A stretch of 64,000 nt of DNA from the NCBI GenBank assembly GCA_965153355.1, contig OZ231126.1, forward strand, positions 25,730,001-25,794,000. The letters are read 5' to 3'. Shown here piece after piece: positions 23,973-38,260 of the stretch (position 1 is its first letter; each line of letters begins with the position of its first letter). Source of the stretch: Flaccisagitta enflata. Taxonomy: Eukaryota. The notes under the pieces were generated by a model, which saw only the letters and a program-made list of their open reading frames with translations, made no database searches and was not told where the DNA came from. A program made the position numbers and the translations under genes.

Positions 23973-25180
23973 CCTCTCACTCTTGTCATACAGCCGGAGG
24001 CAGAAGCTTTTATACGACATTTAGTCCAAATATAGAGCAAAGAAGGGCAAAAATTTCGCCTCCACCGTCATCTCATTACCATTTTAATCCATGACCCCTT
24101 TTATGTGAGGTTTATGTATGATTTATAGCTGCATGGAGCATAGTAGCATGCTCACTTGACAGGGTGGTATTTGATACTGCAGAAATTTTTCAGCTGTATT
24201 TGCTTAGTTCATTTTTGGTCTAACATGTTCTTATTTTTTCTAACGGAACCATGAAAATCATTTAAAAGAAGGCCAGAGACACCGAAGAGGGCACTCAAGG
24301 CCGAATCCACATCTGAAAATGCTCCTAAACCACTCAAGGCAGAATCCGACAAGAGTGGTTGCAATTTTCACTGCTCATTGTAATTAAAATGTTTTATGAG
24401 CGAACTTATAACAAAGTTTTCTTGGGCCTTGATTGATACTTTATTTGCATCACTCTTCATCTTTTTTCATGTTATGTTTTAGTACAATCTATTATTGACA
24501 ACTTTTGAAAATCTTTAGATAAAAATTCTCGAAGTTTATTTTTTTTTTCTTTCAAATAATCATTTATTTTGTTCAATTTCTAAAAATATCAAAGCAGGAA
24601 ATGAAAAAATTAGATTTTCTCTATTTTTTGACTATTTTTCATGAAAGACTTTTATATCCTTCAAAAGAATTTCAATAATTCTTTCTTTAAATTTGGTGAA
24701 AAATGGTGTCAAAATAAAGATAAAGTTAAACAGTGTAAACTGTAAACAAACGATAAATCAACCTATTTTTTAAATAAGATAAACTAGTTTTTAAGAATCC
24801 CCCAGAAGAAATTAAGATAAAAAACACTAGTCAAAAATGAAAATGATGGATGTCTTGCTTCATTCCACTCAAGTCCGAATTCTGACTAAAGTGGTTTCAG
24901 TTTTAACTACTCAAAAATTCGGCCTAAAATGGTTCCCCCGAGACACCAAGTCGCGTGCGGGTGCGCAAGGGCCGTAGGTGAGGTTACGATAGCATTTTGG
25001 CAGGAGTAGTGAAGCCAAACAAGTAAAGATAAAGATGTAAAAAGAGTAAATAAAAAAAACGCAGGTGGAAAGCAGTTTTACGACTTTTTGCCGGACGGCG
25101 ACAGTCGCCAAAACAGGCCTATTGTCTAGTAACAGGTTTTTAGATTTTAACAATTTCCTAACTACAGAATTCGTCAGCAC

Positions 25181-25345
<165 letters not shown>

Positions 25346-25350
25346 GAAGA

Positions 25351-25519
25351 AAGTCGCGTGCGGGTGGGCAGGGGCAGTGACCTGGCATAAGGGCAGGAGC
25401 GGTAATGCAAATAACGCTCGTTAACGCCGAAAAAGCAAAGTGTGACGGACTGACCGACCAACTGACCAACCGACCGACCGACATAGCGGGTTCGAGAGTC
25501 GCGTGCACGCGACTAAAAA
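25351..25519 (-). mobile_element. HINE copy (3' hairpin missing)
   Basis: AGTCGCGTGCGGGTGGGCAGGGGC ... GAGTCGCGTGCACGCGACTAAAAA. Confidence 0.8.
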
Positions 25520-25760
25520 CTGACGGTCGGACTGACATACAGGCAGAGAAGAAAGTGAAACCTGAACAAACGAAACTGAAGTAAGGTGGTAAATGCCTTT
25601 AAAGCATTACTGAGGCAGTGAATAAGGCATATGAAGTTGGGCAGTGGGAATCGATACATTTGAAATACAGTTGAGGTTCACTAAAGCGCATGTCAATGGT
25701 TTGGACAAAATCATGCCTCATAATCAAGTTTTCTTATTGCTATAAAAAGAAGTGACTGTA

Positions 25761-26131
25761 CAGTAGGTGTCGTCTAGACTTGGAAATACGGGGAATTCAT
25801 TACAGGAGGATAAATAAATTTAAGAGACTGATATTTAGAATATAGACTAATAAAAAAATGTCTTATTGCTAATAAGTGTTTGTTACCATGGAAACACATT
25901 TCCATATATTTACGCTAAAGTATCAATATTTTAAGAACTTTTTTTAGAGATGATTGTTTGAAATAAAATTCGCTACAACTTTCCCACAATATGTTCAGTA
26001 AGAATGTGTTTCCATGGCAACCAACACTCATAGGTAATAAAGTATCCTTTCATCAATTCATATTCCAATTATCAGTCCCTTGAGTTTTTTCTGTCATCCC
26101 CCGTATTTCCAAGTCTAGACGACATCTACTG
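25761..26131. mobile_element. Tc1/mariner MITE, near full-length palindrome
   Basis: TA|CAGTAGGTGTCGTCTAGACTTGGAAATACGGGG ... CCCCGTATTTCCAAGTCTAGACGACATCTACTG|TA. Confidence 0.9.
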
Positions 26132-26574
26132 TACAATTAATGATGGTCAATCATTGAAGACTGTTAACACAGGCTGGGCGTAGGACGAGAATTCATAAAT
26201 AAATACACATTGATACATAAATACATACATACTGATACAAAAGGCGATGAAGACATAACATGCATGAATATTGATCATTAATTGGTGAAATTGTTTGATT
26301 CAGGTGTCCTCTTTTTATTACAGATTTGTAGTCGTGGACGTGATTCCATTTTGTTCAGTTCTCTCTTTTTTGCACAGTTCTTTCTTTTTTTGTTCAGTTC
26401 CTTTCCTTTCCTTTTTTGCGTCTTTTTTATTCTTCTTTGTCTTCTCTTCGCCAGACTGGAACCCGAAAAAGGAGGGACGAATTCGTTTGAAGACTTTTCA
26501 CCTGAAAGTCAAAAAGTCTGACAAAAAAGAAAGAACTTTGGACATGGAAGAAGATCCTGAGGAGCAGACGACTG

Positions 26575-26679
<105 letters not shown>

Positions 26680-27014
26680 GATAGAAAAACAGACAGACAG
26701 ACAGACAGAAAGACAGAGAGACAGACATACAGAGATAAACAGCCAGCCAGACAGACAGACAGATAGAGAGACCGAACGTCAAGCAAACAAAGACAGACGG
26801 GTAGGGACAAACAGACAGACAACCCGACAAATTGACGAACAGAAAAAAAAACAGACAGACGGCGACAGACAGATACATCCTTACGCATACAAAGAAGATT
26901 CATGTCAAAAGAGCAAAAATCGATGGCAAAAAAGTTGATATGAAGCGAGAAAAATAGAGGCACAGACAGAATTTAGAGACTGAGACAAAAATGAGAAGAA
27001 GAAAGTCAAAAATT

Positions 27015-27195
27015 ACAAGGCCGGATACAAGGCTACCCCAGTCGCGTGTGGGTGGGCAGGGGCAATGATGTAGAAAGTCACTCGGGCATTTTGGCGGTAA
27101 CGCTGAGCTAAAAAAAACTCATGAACGCCGAAAAAGTAAAACAACCGACGGACGGACAAAACGGGGTATAGAGTCGCATAGCACACGACTAAAAA
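27015..27195 (-). mobile_element. HINE copy
   Basis: Both termini recognisable. Confidence 0.8.
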
Positions 27196-27329
27196 GTAAC
27201 TTTCAACGCAATTGGCCTCTTACAAATTTGTGGTGTAGAAGAAAGGCGAGAGATTTCGTGGAGGAAGGGAAAGTAGAAGTGAAAGGGAGAGGGAGATTTT
27301 GTGGTCCCCCAAAGTGAAGAAAACAGGAC

Positions 27330-27438
<109 letters not shown>

Positions 27439-29358
27439 AGAGTCACGAAAACAGACCCTGGAGTCACATGTTTCGACATCGAAAAGAGAAAAAGAGAGAA
27501 TGAGATAGAGAGAGAGAGAGATCCAATGAAGAAGAAGAAAGAGAGAAAATGAGATAGAGAACCAAATAAGGAGAAAGAGATAGAGAGGAAGGGTGGAAGT
27601 GGGAGGCAGGTCCACGCTGGAGGAAGGGAATTCAACGCTCTGCCGTGCCTGCTGCAGTTGCTGACAACCAAACCAAGGAGGCCGCCATGATGCATGGAGA
27701 CGCTAAAGCATATAGCGACACCAAACAACAAATTACGACATGACAAATGAGCCTCGGCCGTTGCGCGCTTCGTCTCCGTCGTCGCCATCGTCGTCATTGT
27801 CATCGTCATCGTTGTCGTCACTGGCATCTCAGACCTTCCTTCCATTTTCCTCTTCCGTAGAACTGCTCTTCCTCCTCCCTCCGGGTTTTGTACAGGAAAC
27901 CCTTTGAGTTTGACTAGCCATGGAACGTCCTTCGTCGAAATGTGGGTAATAGTATAGTAAAGCTTATGCTTTCTCTCTCTCTCTCTCTCTCTCATATCCT
28001 TCTCCTTCTCTTTTCTTTTACTTTACTTAGCAAGTGACTCCCATATCCGGAAGTATCAACTTAGCGTTGTACGCAACATTTTTTTCTTCTTCCTCTCTTT
28101 CTCTTCTAACAGGCTTTCTCTCCTTCTTTACTTACTCTCCTTCTCCTCCTCCTCCTTCTCCATCTCCTCCTCCTCCTCCTGCTCCATCTCTTCTCCCGTT
28201 TCTTTCTCCATTTATCATGAGTTGTACCCTTTTTCCTTCCCGGTGGCATCAACCACCGCTTTTCAGCGTCTATCCCAGTCATTTGCCCCTGATATCTCTA
28301 CCCGGTAATCACCATATAGACCCTCTTTTCCCTTTTCTTGCTTTCCATTTCTATCTATCTGTCTGTCTATCTGTGTGTCTGTCTGGCTGTCTTTCTACAT
28401 GGCTGTCTGTCTGTCTGGCTGTCTTTCTATATGGCTGTTTTTCTGACTGTCTTCCTTTATCATCTTTCACTGCCGTCTTTTTTCCCTCTTACTTTTGGGC
28501 CATTCGATTATTGTTTCCTTTGACCTCTATCATCTCCTACTTTCAACGGCGTTTGGGTAACTGCTTGGCTGACCTTACATACCTTAAAACGATATAATGA
28601 CCGTATCATTCTTCATTTTTACATGCCTGAATTTGTCTTCCAGCCAGCGATATAACTCGTACACAGATCTATAAAGTAAAGTACTATCTAGAACAAAAGT
28701 ATATCGGCAAGATCATTATCAGGCTGTTAATTCATCAAATGACTAGAAAACCCATAATTTGATCATTGAGACTCTTTGCACGTATCTTGTGAACAACAAT
28801 AACGGCCTAAATTATCTTCATATGCTCTTTAAGAGATATTTTGAGAAAGGATGACACAGTCTTCCCTCACACCTTCAGAGCAGAATTTTTTTTATCCATA
28901 TCAAATGATGCGCGATACCTTCTCCATAGCTGCTTACTTACCAACCATCTGATCTATGACCGAGTTTGGAGTGACCATGGAAATGATAAGGCAATCCTAT
29001 GGCATCACTGTAGCAGCCTTAGTTAGACAACAACCTTAAGCTAACAAAAAAATAACACTTAGCCAAGTACCAAAAGCGACAAGACAAAAAATATGATTTT
29101 TCAGCCATTTTCATTTGAAGTAGCATTCTTGTTTTGCCCGTCATTTCTAAACGAATCAAGCTACAAGAATGCGGTTGGTGGCACAAGATCAGAAATTCGA
29201 TGTAGTTTCAGACTCTCACTGATTTTTATATGATTTTATCATTTTTAGCAGAGATATGACCCAAAACGCTCGCCGATATATATATGTTCTAGATAGTAAA
29301 GGTCTGATTGCCACGCTTATTCTGACATGTTCCCAAAACAGATTGTTATTAGTCCTTC

Positions 29359-29967
29359 ACCACCTTGGAAATAAGTATACCGACACCTTCAACTTAAGAT
29401 ATTTCCGCTTCTAAAATAGCTAGAAACTTTTTTAAAAAAGAAATTAATCTTTGTCAAATTATCTCCGGAATGAATGCAATCTGGTACTTGTAGCTTTAGC
29501 CATTTAGAAATGGCAAGCAAAAGAATGAAAACATTCAATTTTGAAAATGCGGAAGATATGAAACATGAAAAATGTAGTTTTTTAGTGACAGCTTCCACTA
29601 AGGATATCTTGGCTTCTAGAAAAGCCAGACACTTTTGTAAAATAGGCAAATTAATCCCCATCAAAAAATCTTTAAGATGAGCGCAATCTGGTTTCTGTAG
29701 CTTTAATCGTTTAGAAGTTACAAGCAAAACAATAAACTTTTATCCAAAATGATTGGTTTAGCAAAGTTAGTTTGAGATATGTGAAACCAAATCATCCTTT
29801 ACAAAATAAAAAGCTGCATACAGTGCTTGAAATATGGAAAACTCAAATCATCAGTAAGGTAAAGACATGAAATTACCCCCCTGCACTGTCAGAATGAGCT
29901 TTTGGTCAATACTTGGTGAATTAATCAAAAAATTGCCTAGGTGTCGGTATACTTTTTTCTAAGATTG
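29359..29967. mobile_element. MITE with ~30-bp TIRs
   Basis: CTTGGAAATAAGTATACCGACACCT ... AGGTGTCGGTATACTTTTTTCTAAG. Confidence 0.7.
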
Positions 29968-31296
29968 TATTTTTGGTTTCGAGTCTGTTGTCTTTCTCAT
30001 ACCTTCCTCAATCTTCCTTTTCCTAAACGCGTACTATTTGTTTACCCAACTTTCGTCTAAATGCACGTTCAAAACAAGCGTTTGTCTTGTGGCACAATGT
30101 TTTTCCTCGGTCGCTCGGAAAATCAAAGCATTTGTGGATTTTCTTCCATTACAATTTTACCATTGATATGGCTGTTAACTTAGCCTTGATGTTGTTAAAT
30201 GACAATCATAGGGATTGATTGTTTCGTTTACTGTTGGCGACTCATTATCTCCATTGCTTCAATAGCGTTTTTCACGTCACTGTCTCTTCACATCTGTTGA
30301 ACTCTTTTTTTAGCTCTGCGCCGGCCCAGTGCATGTCTGAATGGCTGCTTTGTATCTAGACTGGTTGTTTTTCTGCCACTAAGATGGACATGGACTTTCG
30401 ATTCATTTTCTCTTAAGCGAACATTAGATTTTCTTGTGGCTTTTTTCACTCGGCTTCGTAGAAATGTCATCAAACTGAAGCCTTGGATTTGTCGCTGTCA
30501 CTTTGATATGCAAAGTCTAACGTCAAACACAGTATTTGGTGTCATAGTTGCCTACACATTCGGAATCACATTCCACAATTATGACACATACTGAGTCACA
30601 TTCCACACTTACGACACATACTAATCCATCGTCACCACCAGCAGAGTTGGCTGATCCTAGCTTGTCATGGGATGCAGAATGATTTCATGCTGAATGTCTT
30701 GTCTAAGGTCTTGTTGTGAACGCATATCGCAAGAGTTTATTCAACTTATACAAGAACCATATCAAATTGCGAACTGGCTGATCCAAAAAGTTTACTTGAC
30801 TATAAGTCAGATTTTCTCTGTTTTTTTTTTTCGGCCATGGGTACTGAACATAAATGCAGCAATCAAGGTCCTCTCTCAATCAATCTTTGTAATAAAGATC
30901 AAGTCGTTACAAGGCACGATTTCAATTCCGTTGAACTGACATTTTAAATTCAAAGTACATCGAACAACTAGCATCTATTATGATTCAAGCGATTACTAAA
31001 ATATTTCTCCCAGTTGCTCATCCAGGCAACGGTTCTATTAAAAATGCGAAGACCATTCTGAAAAGAAGGCTGGAAAAGCAAACACGATTATGAACGCTCG
31101 GAAGAAATGAAATCCACTGTTTCAAAAAGACATAAAAAAGGCTAAAAAAATAATGGTTTATTTTCCGGTGGTTGATCCTTGGATAAGAAAGAAAGAGAGA
31201 GGGGAAGAGTGTTTCCCAAACAAGGATCTCTTTTGAACGACCAACCGCTCACTCTCCTAGTTAACTGTGTGTATGAGGAGTAAGAAAGCAAGAAAG

Positions 31297-31348
<52 letters not shown>

Positions 31349-31730
31349 GAGAGAGTATGAAGCCATTTAGGAGATATGGTATGGAAACCGATGATTCCTA
31401 ACTTTATGAGGGTCTTAAAGCGCCTTACTCCTCTCCCCCATTTCCACCGCTGCTGCCACCGCCACCACCATCACCACCGCCACCGCCACCGCCACCGCCG
31501 TCACCGCGCGTGACAGATACAAATGTGGCCAATTCGAGAAAAAGAGACTCCACACACTCACGAAAGAAAGAAATAAGATAGAAGTAAGAAAAATTGAGAA
31601 AAAGACCGAAAGACACAAAAAAGGAGATTTTCTCCCCCTCGTTACTTTCAATTTCATCTGTAGATCGTTCTTTTATTATTTGTTGTGTCTCACTTTTTTT
31701 CCTTCTCACTTTTACATCTTGCGATTCTTG

Positions 31731-32085
<355 letters not shown>

Positions 32086-32204
32086 TTCCAACTTATCAAT
32101 TCTGCCCTTGTTTCTGACTGACTTTCTTCATTCCAAGCTTGGCTTTCATTTCCTCCAATCTGGCTCCATTTCACTTGCTCCCACCTCTATCCTTTCTCCC
32201 TCTT

Positions 32205-32262
<58 letters not shown>

Positions 32263-33967
32263 CTTTCCTCCTTCTTAACCTTCCTTTCCTCCTTTTTGTT
32301 CTCCATTTTGGTTCCACTTCTTTTGCCCTAGTTTTCCTCCGGTTTTCTTTCCCCCTTCTTATTTCCTTCCGGAGGTGAATCAAGAGAGGTCGACTTTTTC
32401 TTTTTCCTTGTTCCTCCACTACTTCCTAACACTGAAGATGTGCCTGTTTCTCGGAGTATTGCCTTAGCTTGTTTTCCGCTCATTTTTAACAAAAGAAATG
32501 GAAATCCCGGCTTATAATCGCATGCACGGGTTGGATTGGTAGTTCAAAATGAGCAGGATCTATCATGAAAGTGAGGTTCATTAGAACAATGTGAACGTCG
32601 CGTGCGTCAGACCTATCAAACAAGTAAAAGTTAAACAGAAAAGAAATTGAAACATAGAACACCTTAACGCTAAAACAGTCATAAAAATCTCTAGAAACCT
32701 TCAGAATGACAATATTGTGAAGATTGTGAGGGTGCGACTGACAAGCCAATCGACCATCCGACCGACCAACCGACGGACGAATGAAGTGATTGGTTGAGTC
32801 GATTTACACCCGAGTAAAATGTTGATTGTAAAAAAGTTAGGTTTGACAGGTTGATGACCATATCAAGATAAAGAATCGTGTTTGTGCGATCAAGTCCGAT
32901 TTTTGAACCATACATGCGCTCAGATGAAACTATAACATAAATATAAAGTATAACAACCAAAGCATGGCTATTCATTGGAAGAACAATAGCACATGATCCG
33001 ATCACTTTTAGAAAATCAATCCCTAGCTCAACTTATAATCCATAAAAGGGGTAATTCCAGATTTGTTATGGGGTCCAGAAATAGCCGAAAAATCTGACAT
33101 AGCTCGGTCTATGTGTTGGAAATCAACCAATGAATATCTTTGCCAAATTTAATGAGTTTTGGCCTTGTAGTTTCTTCTGAGCCCATGCATAGTTCGAAAA
33201 TCGTGAATTTACTGAAATGTTTTACGTATAGTTCATTACGTATTTTCACACAAATTGACGAAGGGTGAAGGGGGGGGGGTACTTAAAGCCTTCCGAGCAT
33301 CCTTTTGGTCTCGCGCAATTGTAACTTTTTTTCTTCGCAATTGTCTGCCTTTTGTTTTGACCAATTAAAACCGTTATTCATTCATTCATTCGAAAATCGG
33401 TCTTCACGTCTTTAGTTACGAGAAACCTGTTTAACTATGGACTTAGAAATGATGCAACTTTTACTGCAGTCACTAATTGAAAGTTTGATAGCTTTTCATT
33501 AGTGATGTTTCTTTCGTTTTTATACGGTGTTTGAACCAGTAGGCCTGTTTGCATTTTTGCCTCGTCTTTTTGTTCATGTCGATCAGTTTGTTAGTACAGT
33601 GATATTCTGTCTGTGTCTCAGTGTGCCTGTCTGTGTCTACCGGTGTCCTTCTGTCTCTGTCGGTTTCTGTCTGTCTCTGTCTGTCTCTGTCTGTCTCTGT
33701 CTGTCTCTGTCTGTTTCTGTCCGTATCTGTCTGTATCTGTCCGTATCTGTTTCTGTATGCCTGTCTCTGTCTGTATGCCTGCTGGTGTGTCTGCCTCTGT
33801 CTGTCTCTGTCTTTCTCTGTCTGTTTCTGTCCGCATCTGTCTGTATCTGTCCGTATCTGTATCTGTATGCCTGTCTCTCTTTATGCTTGCTGGTGTGTCT
33901 GCCTCTGTCTGCCGGTGTCTGTCTGTCAGCGGTTGATTCTGTCTGTCTTTCCGTCTATTTTTGTCCT

Positions 33968-34011
<44 letters not shown>

Positions 34012-34324
34012 TCTATCCCCGCAAGGAAAAAGATTGATTCAGTGTGTCCTTGGCCGGTCAAAAATTTCCATTGTTGTCCACTTTCGCCGTTGACACTAAA
34101 CCTTGAATCTGCATTCATCAACATTTCTCGCCGTTCGTTTTTTGTTAAAATGATCTAGTAGATGCATAAAAACCCTGGACAAGCAGGAGTAACGAATACT
34201 GCCTCAAACTACACTCGTTCGGTGACAAAAACATTTCATTTTTCTGCGGATTCATCGCACACAATCATAAAATAACCCATGCCATTCCTCTTTCTTTCAC
34301 AAAAAAAAACCCTAAATCAATCGC

Positions 34325-35785
34325 ATGGACATGAACTCAGAAAAAAAGAACACAAACATCATGGAAGAAAACGGAAACGATGAAGTTGAAATAAACTACA
34401 CTCGTCCCGAAGGCGACCACATTTCATCCGTTCAGAAGGCTGACGAAAACCTGGCCCAAAATGAAACAAAGCGTGATCTCGATCTTGAAGAACAAAAGGA
34501 AATTCAACCAAGTTTCCAATGTGACCAGTGTCTATCTACTTTTACCATCAAGAGCAGACTGACAACACACTTGAGACGGCACACCAGAGATAAAACTTTT
34601 AAATGTGATCAATGCCCATCGGAATTCTATGAAAAAGGAGGTTTGAAGAAGCATACAAGTATTCACGCACATACGTCCACATATGTAAAATGTAGTCAGT
34701 GCCAATCTATTTTTGCCAATAAGAATGGATTGACAAAACACATGAGACGGCATACCAGAGAAAAATCACACGAATGTGATCAATGCCTTTCTAGATTCTA
34801 TGATAAAGGAGCTTTGAAAAAGCATCTAATGATGCACACGGGAGAAAAATCTTTAAAATGTACTGTTTGCCAATCCACATTTGCTAAGAGTGGTACTTTG
34901 ATTTCGCATATGCGAATTCACACTGGTGAAAAGCCATTTAAATGCAACGCTTGTCCAGCCGCCTTTACTGTAAGTAGTGCTCTAACGATTCACCTGAGAA
35001 ATCACACTGGTGAAAAGCCATTCAATTGCGAAGTTTGTCCATTGTCCTTCTCCAGGAAAGGTTCACTGACAAGTCACATGAGACGGCATACCAAAGTAAA
35101 AACATTTAAATGTGATCAATGCTTGTTTACATTCTATGATAAATCAGATTTGAAAAAGCATACAAGGATCCACACGGGAGAAAAACCTTTTAAATGCGAC
35201 GCTTGTCCATTCACATCAACTGTTAGTTATACTCTAACGGTTCATAAAAGAAAACACACCAATGAAAAGCCATTCAAGTGCGAAATTTGTCCATTGTCTT
35301 TCTCCAAACCGTATTCATTAACAAAGCATATGCGAACACATACAAACGAGAAACCATATAAATGCGATCATTGTCCTTTTTCAGCTGCCGCGAAAGGTAC
35401 ACTAACTAGCCACATCAGGACTCACACAGGAGAGAGACCCTATCAGTGTAACGTTTGTCCCTCTGCATTTTCTAGTAGTACCAATTTGAAAATGCATGTA
35501 AGAATACACACCAGGGAAAAACCTTACAAATGCAAAATGTGTCCATCTGCCTTTCCTCAAGGTTCTCATCTAAAACGGCACATGAAGATGCACAATGGTG
35601 AAAAGAATTTTAAGTGCGACTTTTGTCCATCGGCTTTTATTGATAAATCACACCTGAGAGTACACCTAAAAACTCATGGCGATGAAAAATCCTACCAATG
35701 CGATATCTGTCAGTTGTCCTTCTCCCAAAGCACTAAGTTGAAATTGCACCTCAGGACGCATACGGAGGAAAAAACATTTCGATGA
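34325..35785 (+). CDS. Intronless tandem C2H2 zinc-finger protein (15 fingers)
   Basis: 486 aa. Fifteen CxxC-x12-HxxxH fingers with TGEKP-type linkers after a ~60 aa acidic N-terminus. No KRAB, ZAD or BTB domain recognisable in this ORF. Confidence 0.92.
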   Translation: MDMNSEKKNTNIMEENGNDEVEINYTRPEGDHISSVQKADENLAQNETKRDLDLEEQKEIQPSFQCDQCLSTFTIKSRLTTHLRRHTRDKTFKCDQCPSEFYEKGGLKKHTSIHAHTSTYVKCSQCQSIFANKNGLTKHMRRHTREKSHECDQCLSRFYDKGALKKHLMMHTGEKSLKCTVCQSTFAKSGTLISHMRIHTGEKPFKCNACPAAFTVSSALTIHLRNHTGEKPFNCEVCPLSFSRKGSLTSHMRRHTKVKTFKCDQCLFTFYDKSDLKKHTRIHTGEKPFKCDACPFTSTVSYTLTVHKRKHTNEKPFKCEICPLSFSKPYSLTKHMRTHTNEKPYKCDHCPFSAAAKGTLTSHIRTHTGERPYQCNVCPSAFSSSTNLKMHVRIHTREKPYKCKMCPSAFPQGSHLKRHMKMHNGEKNFKCDFCPSAFIDKSHLRVHLKTHGDEKSYQCDICQLSFSQSTKLKLHLRTHTEEKTFR

Positions 35786-35935
35786 GATCACTGTCCACCT
35801 ACATTTACTCACAGCAACTCCTTGAAAATTCATTTGGAACTCCTTGAAAAATCTTATCGGTAAAGCGTTTGTTCGGTAGCGTTTGCCCATGAAGCTCACA
35901 TGAGATCTCACACAAGGGAAAAATCATTTCAATGT
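35786..35935 (+). pseudogene. Decayed zinc fingers immediately after the stop codon (segment 1)
   Basis: In-frame reading: *DHCPPTFTHSNSLKIHLELLEKSYR*SVCSVAFAHEAHMRSHTREKSFQC. Confidence 0.85.
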
Positions 35936-38260
35936 TATGTTCGCAAAAGCAGTGGATTATTTTTCTGCGAGCAGAAAGCAGAAAACATTTTTTTATTGCT
36001 AGTACTGCTGGCAGTAGGTAGCAGTGCAGTACTATTACTACTACTACTACTTCCACTACTACTGTATATATAAAGTTACCGAAAATGTACAAAAAATGAA
36101 GAACAAACAAGGTTTGGGAACTTTTATACACATAAACATCAAAGTGGTCCAACAGAAAACCGTTATCTCTTGGTTTTCAATACATCATAGATTCATAATG
36201 AAGAAAGCATAGACATCTTTTAGACTGATTGTTGAAATGCGTGTCTTTTTATACGTATGGCTGCGTTCATGATTCTCGGAATGATTCCCACTTTTTCTCT
36301 CTCTCTCAATTTTGTTTTGTTTCCCGTTCTTGCCATTTTTTTGGATGGCACGAGATGGTTACCCATATGGTTTTGCTCTTTTGTCCAATTTGGATCTACG
36401 TGGATGACACATATTTTTTTTTTTCGATTTTTTTCCGGATTTTTGTGTCGTTGTCGGTCCCATTCATGGGCATGGTCGTTATGTATTAAATTGGCGTCGC
36501 TTCTTAAAATTTATTGTGTGGATTTTTGGTTATTTTTGATTTTTGCCTCAGAATTTCATGTCTTTCATGAGTCTCTCATTCTTTCTTTCAGTGACCTATG
36601 AACAGACATTGACTTGAGTGACGATCAACAACGTAATGGGAAACCATGGAAAGTGGGCTTAAAGTAAGTTTTATCATTATAGTGTTTTATCGTTTTCTTA
36701 TTTTGTCTTGTCATCGGGATTTTTATTGTTTTATCGTTTTGTTTTTATCGTTCTGTCCGGTCAACTGATTATTGGGGTGACAAGGGTGAATTTAGTGGGA
36801 TGGGCAGGGCGGGGACAGTGTACTGATCTGGCTTCATGGCCTCTGCATAAGATGTACATGTTGTTATTGGTTGTTTCTGATCATGTCTATCCTGATCTCA
36901 TGTTGTTTCATGCATTGGTTGATAAAATTTTAATGCCCATTTTCCCTTTCATTTTATCCCCCCTCCCAGATTGTTGAAATTTTTCATCAAATACGAGACC
37001 AGTGCAACACCATTTTCAAAATACCGCCTTCTTTCCTTCACGTCCAACATCGTCAGTCAGTCAGAATATAAATGGACAGATAGTCGAAACTACGAGCCGT
37101 AATAATACTGATCATTGAATCAATTGCTTTATCTGCGATCATTGCCACAGACAGTGCTCATGCGGAAGTTGCCGTTCTCGCCATTACCAATAAAGGCGCC
37201 TCTCGCCGTAGGAAAAAAGTCGTAAGTGCGAGGTTTTGGAATTTTTTGTGATTGTGTTTTGTCTGGTTGATTTTTTTTTCTTTGGGCATCTTTTTGGTTT
37301 GTTCCACTCTCTACATGTGTTTCTCTGTTTGTTCTTTGTTTGCCCGTCTCTTTCTCTCTTTCCCTCTCTCTTTCTCTCTCCCATTCTCATTTTCTCTCTC
37401 GCTTTCTCTTTCTCTCTCTCCTCTTCTCTCATGTAACCAACCCCCATCCACACCCCAACCTCAACCCCCACACACAAGCATCTAGACCGCTTGTTTTTCC
37501 ACTTTTCCACTCGGACAGACGGACCAACAGAGCAATTGATTGACTGACGGACAAAGCCTCTCATAGCGTCCAGAGTTGAAATGAGAGAGAGACTGTGCTG
37601 CCAGGATGCACAATCATCACCAGGGACATTTTAAAGTTCAAATAGACCTCAACTAACTCGAGTCCTCGTTTTTGAGTAAAATGCAAAAAATGCAAAAAAA
37701 TATAAAAAGATTTAAAAAATTATAGCTCCAAAACTATCAATCGCACAGAATTCTGCTTGGCGTCATCTGAAAGAGGAGAATTAGCTCTTTCTTAGCTATT
37801 AATTTCATGCGTAGTCCCATTCTGCCAGAAAAATGCCGCAACTTTCCCAAACGCCTCATAAAACAAATGGAAATCCGTTTATTTCTGCAGGACTCAAAAA
37901 GATCGGAGACTTCGTCTCTTCGACTTTTTTCCGAATAACAGCTGAAAATTGGCATAGAGTATGAGCTAGATTCCAGTAAGTTCCTCCAAAAAAGCATAGC
38001 AAGGAGCATGTCGTCTCAGTTCAGAGTCAATGTCATATTATCATTCTAAATGTCAAGATTTCTACTCAAAAGTAGATGTTGAATATTTTCTATTCACAAG
38101 AGAAAAAAACAAATTTGTTCAAATGTTCAAATCAGATTTTCACCGCAAATTTGGTGAAAAAAGAGAGATTTTTAATGCTATCTACTGCTAGCAGCTGAAA
38201 ACTTACTGCTAGCAGAGCAGTTGCTAATTTATGCTTGCAAATTGCCTGCTTGTGGCATAC
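35936..38260 (-). mobile_element. hAT-like non-autonomous element inserted into the decayed zinc-finger array
   Basis: Ends homologous to 6749-7944 in reverse orientation. Splits one finger between its two Cys codons. Confidence 0.65.

Noticed and set aside
27600-27960. Signal-peptide-like minus-strand ORF segment
   Set aside because: No recognisable domain or clear splice donor, and it is flanked by microsatellites.
35783-35785. TGA at a Cys position as selenocysteine or readthrough
   Set aside because: The next finger lacks its final His, and a TAA, a frameshift and insertions follow. Decay is the simpler explanation, and no SECIS was identified.
36592-36663. AG...GTAAGT-bounded exon-like segment
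   Set aside because: Stops in all three frames, and it lies inside a TE.
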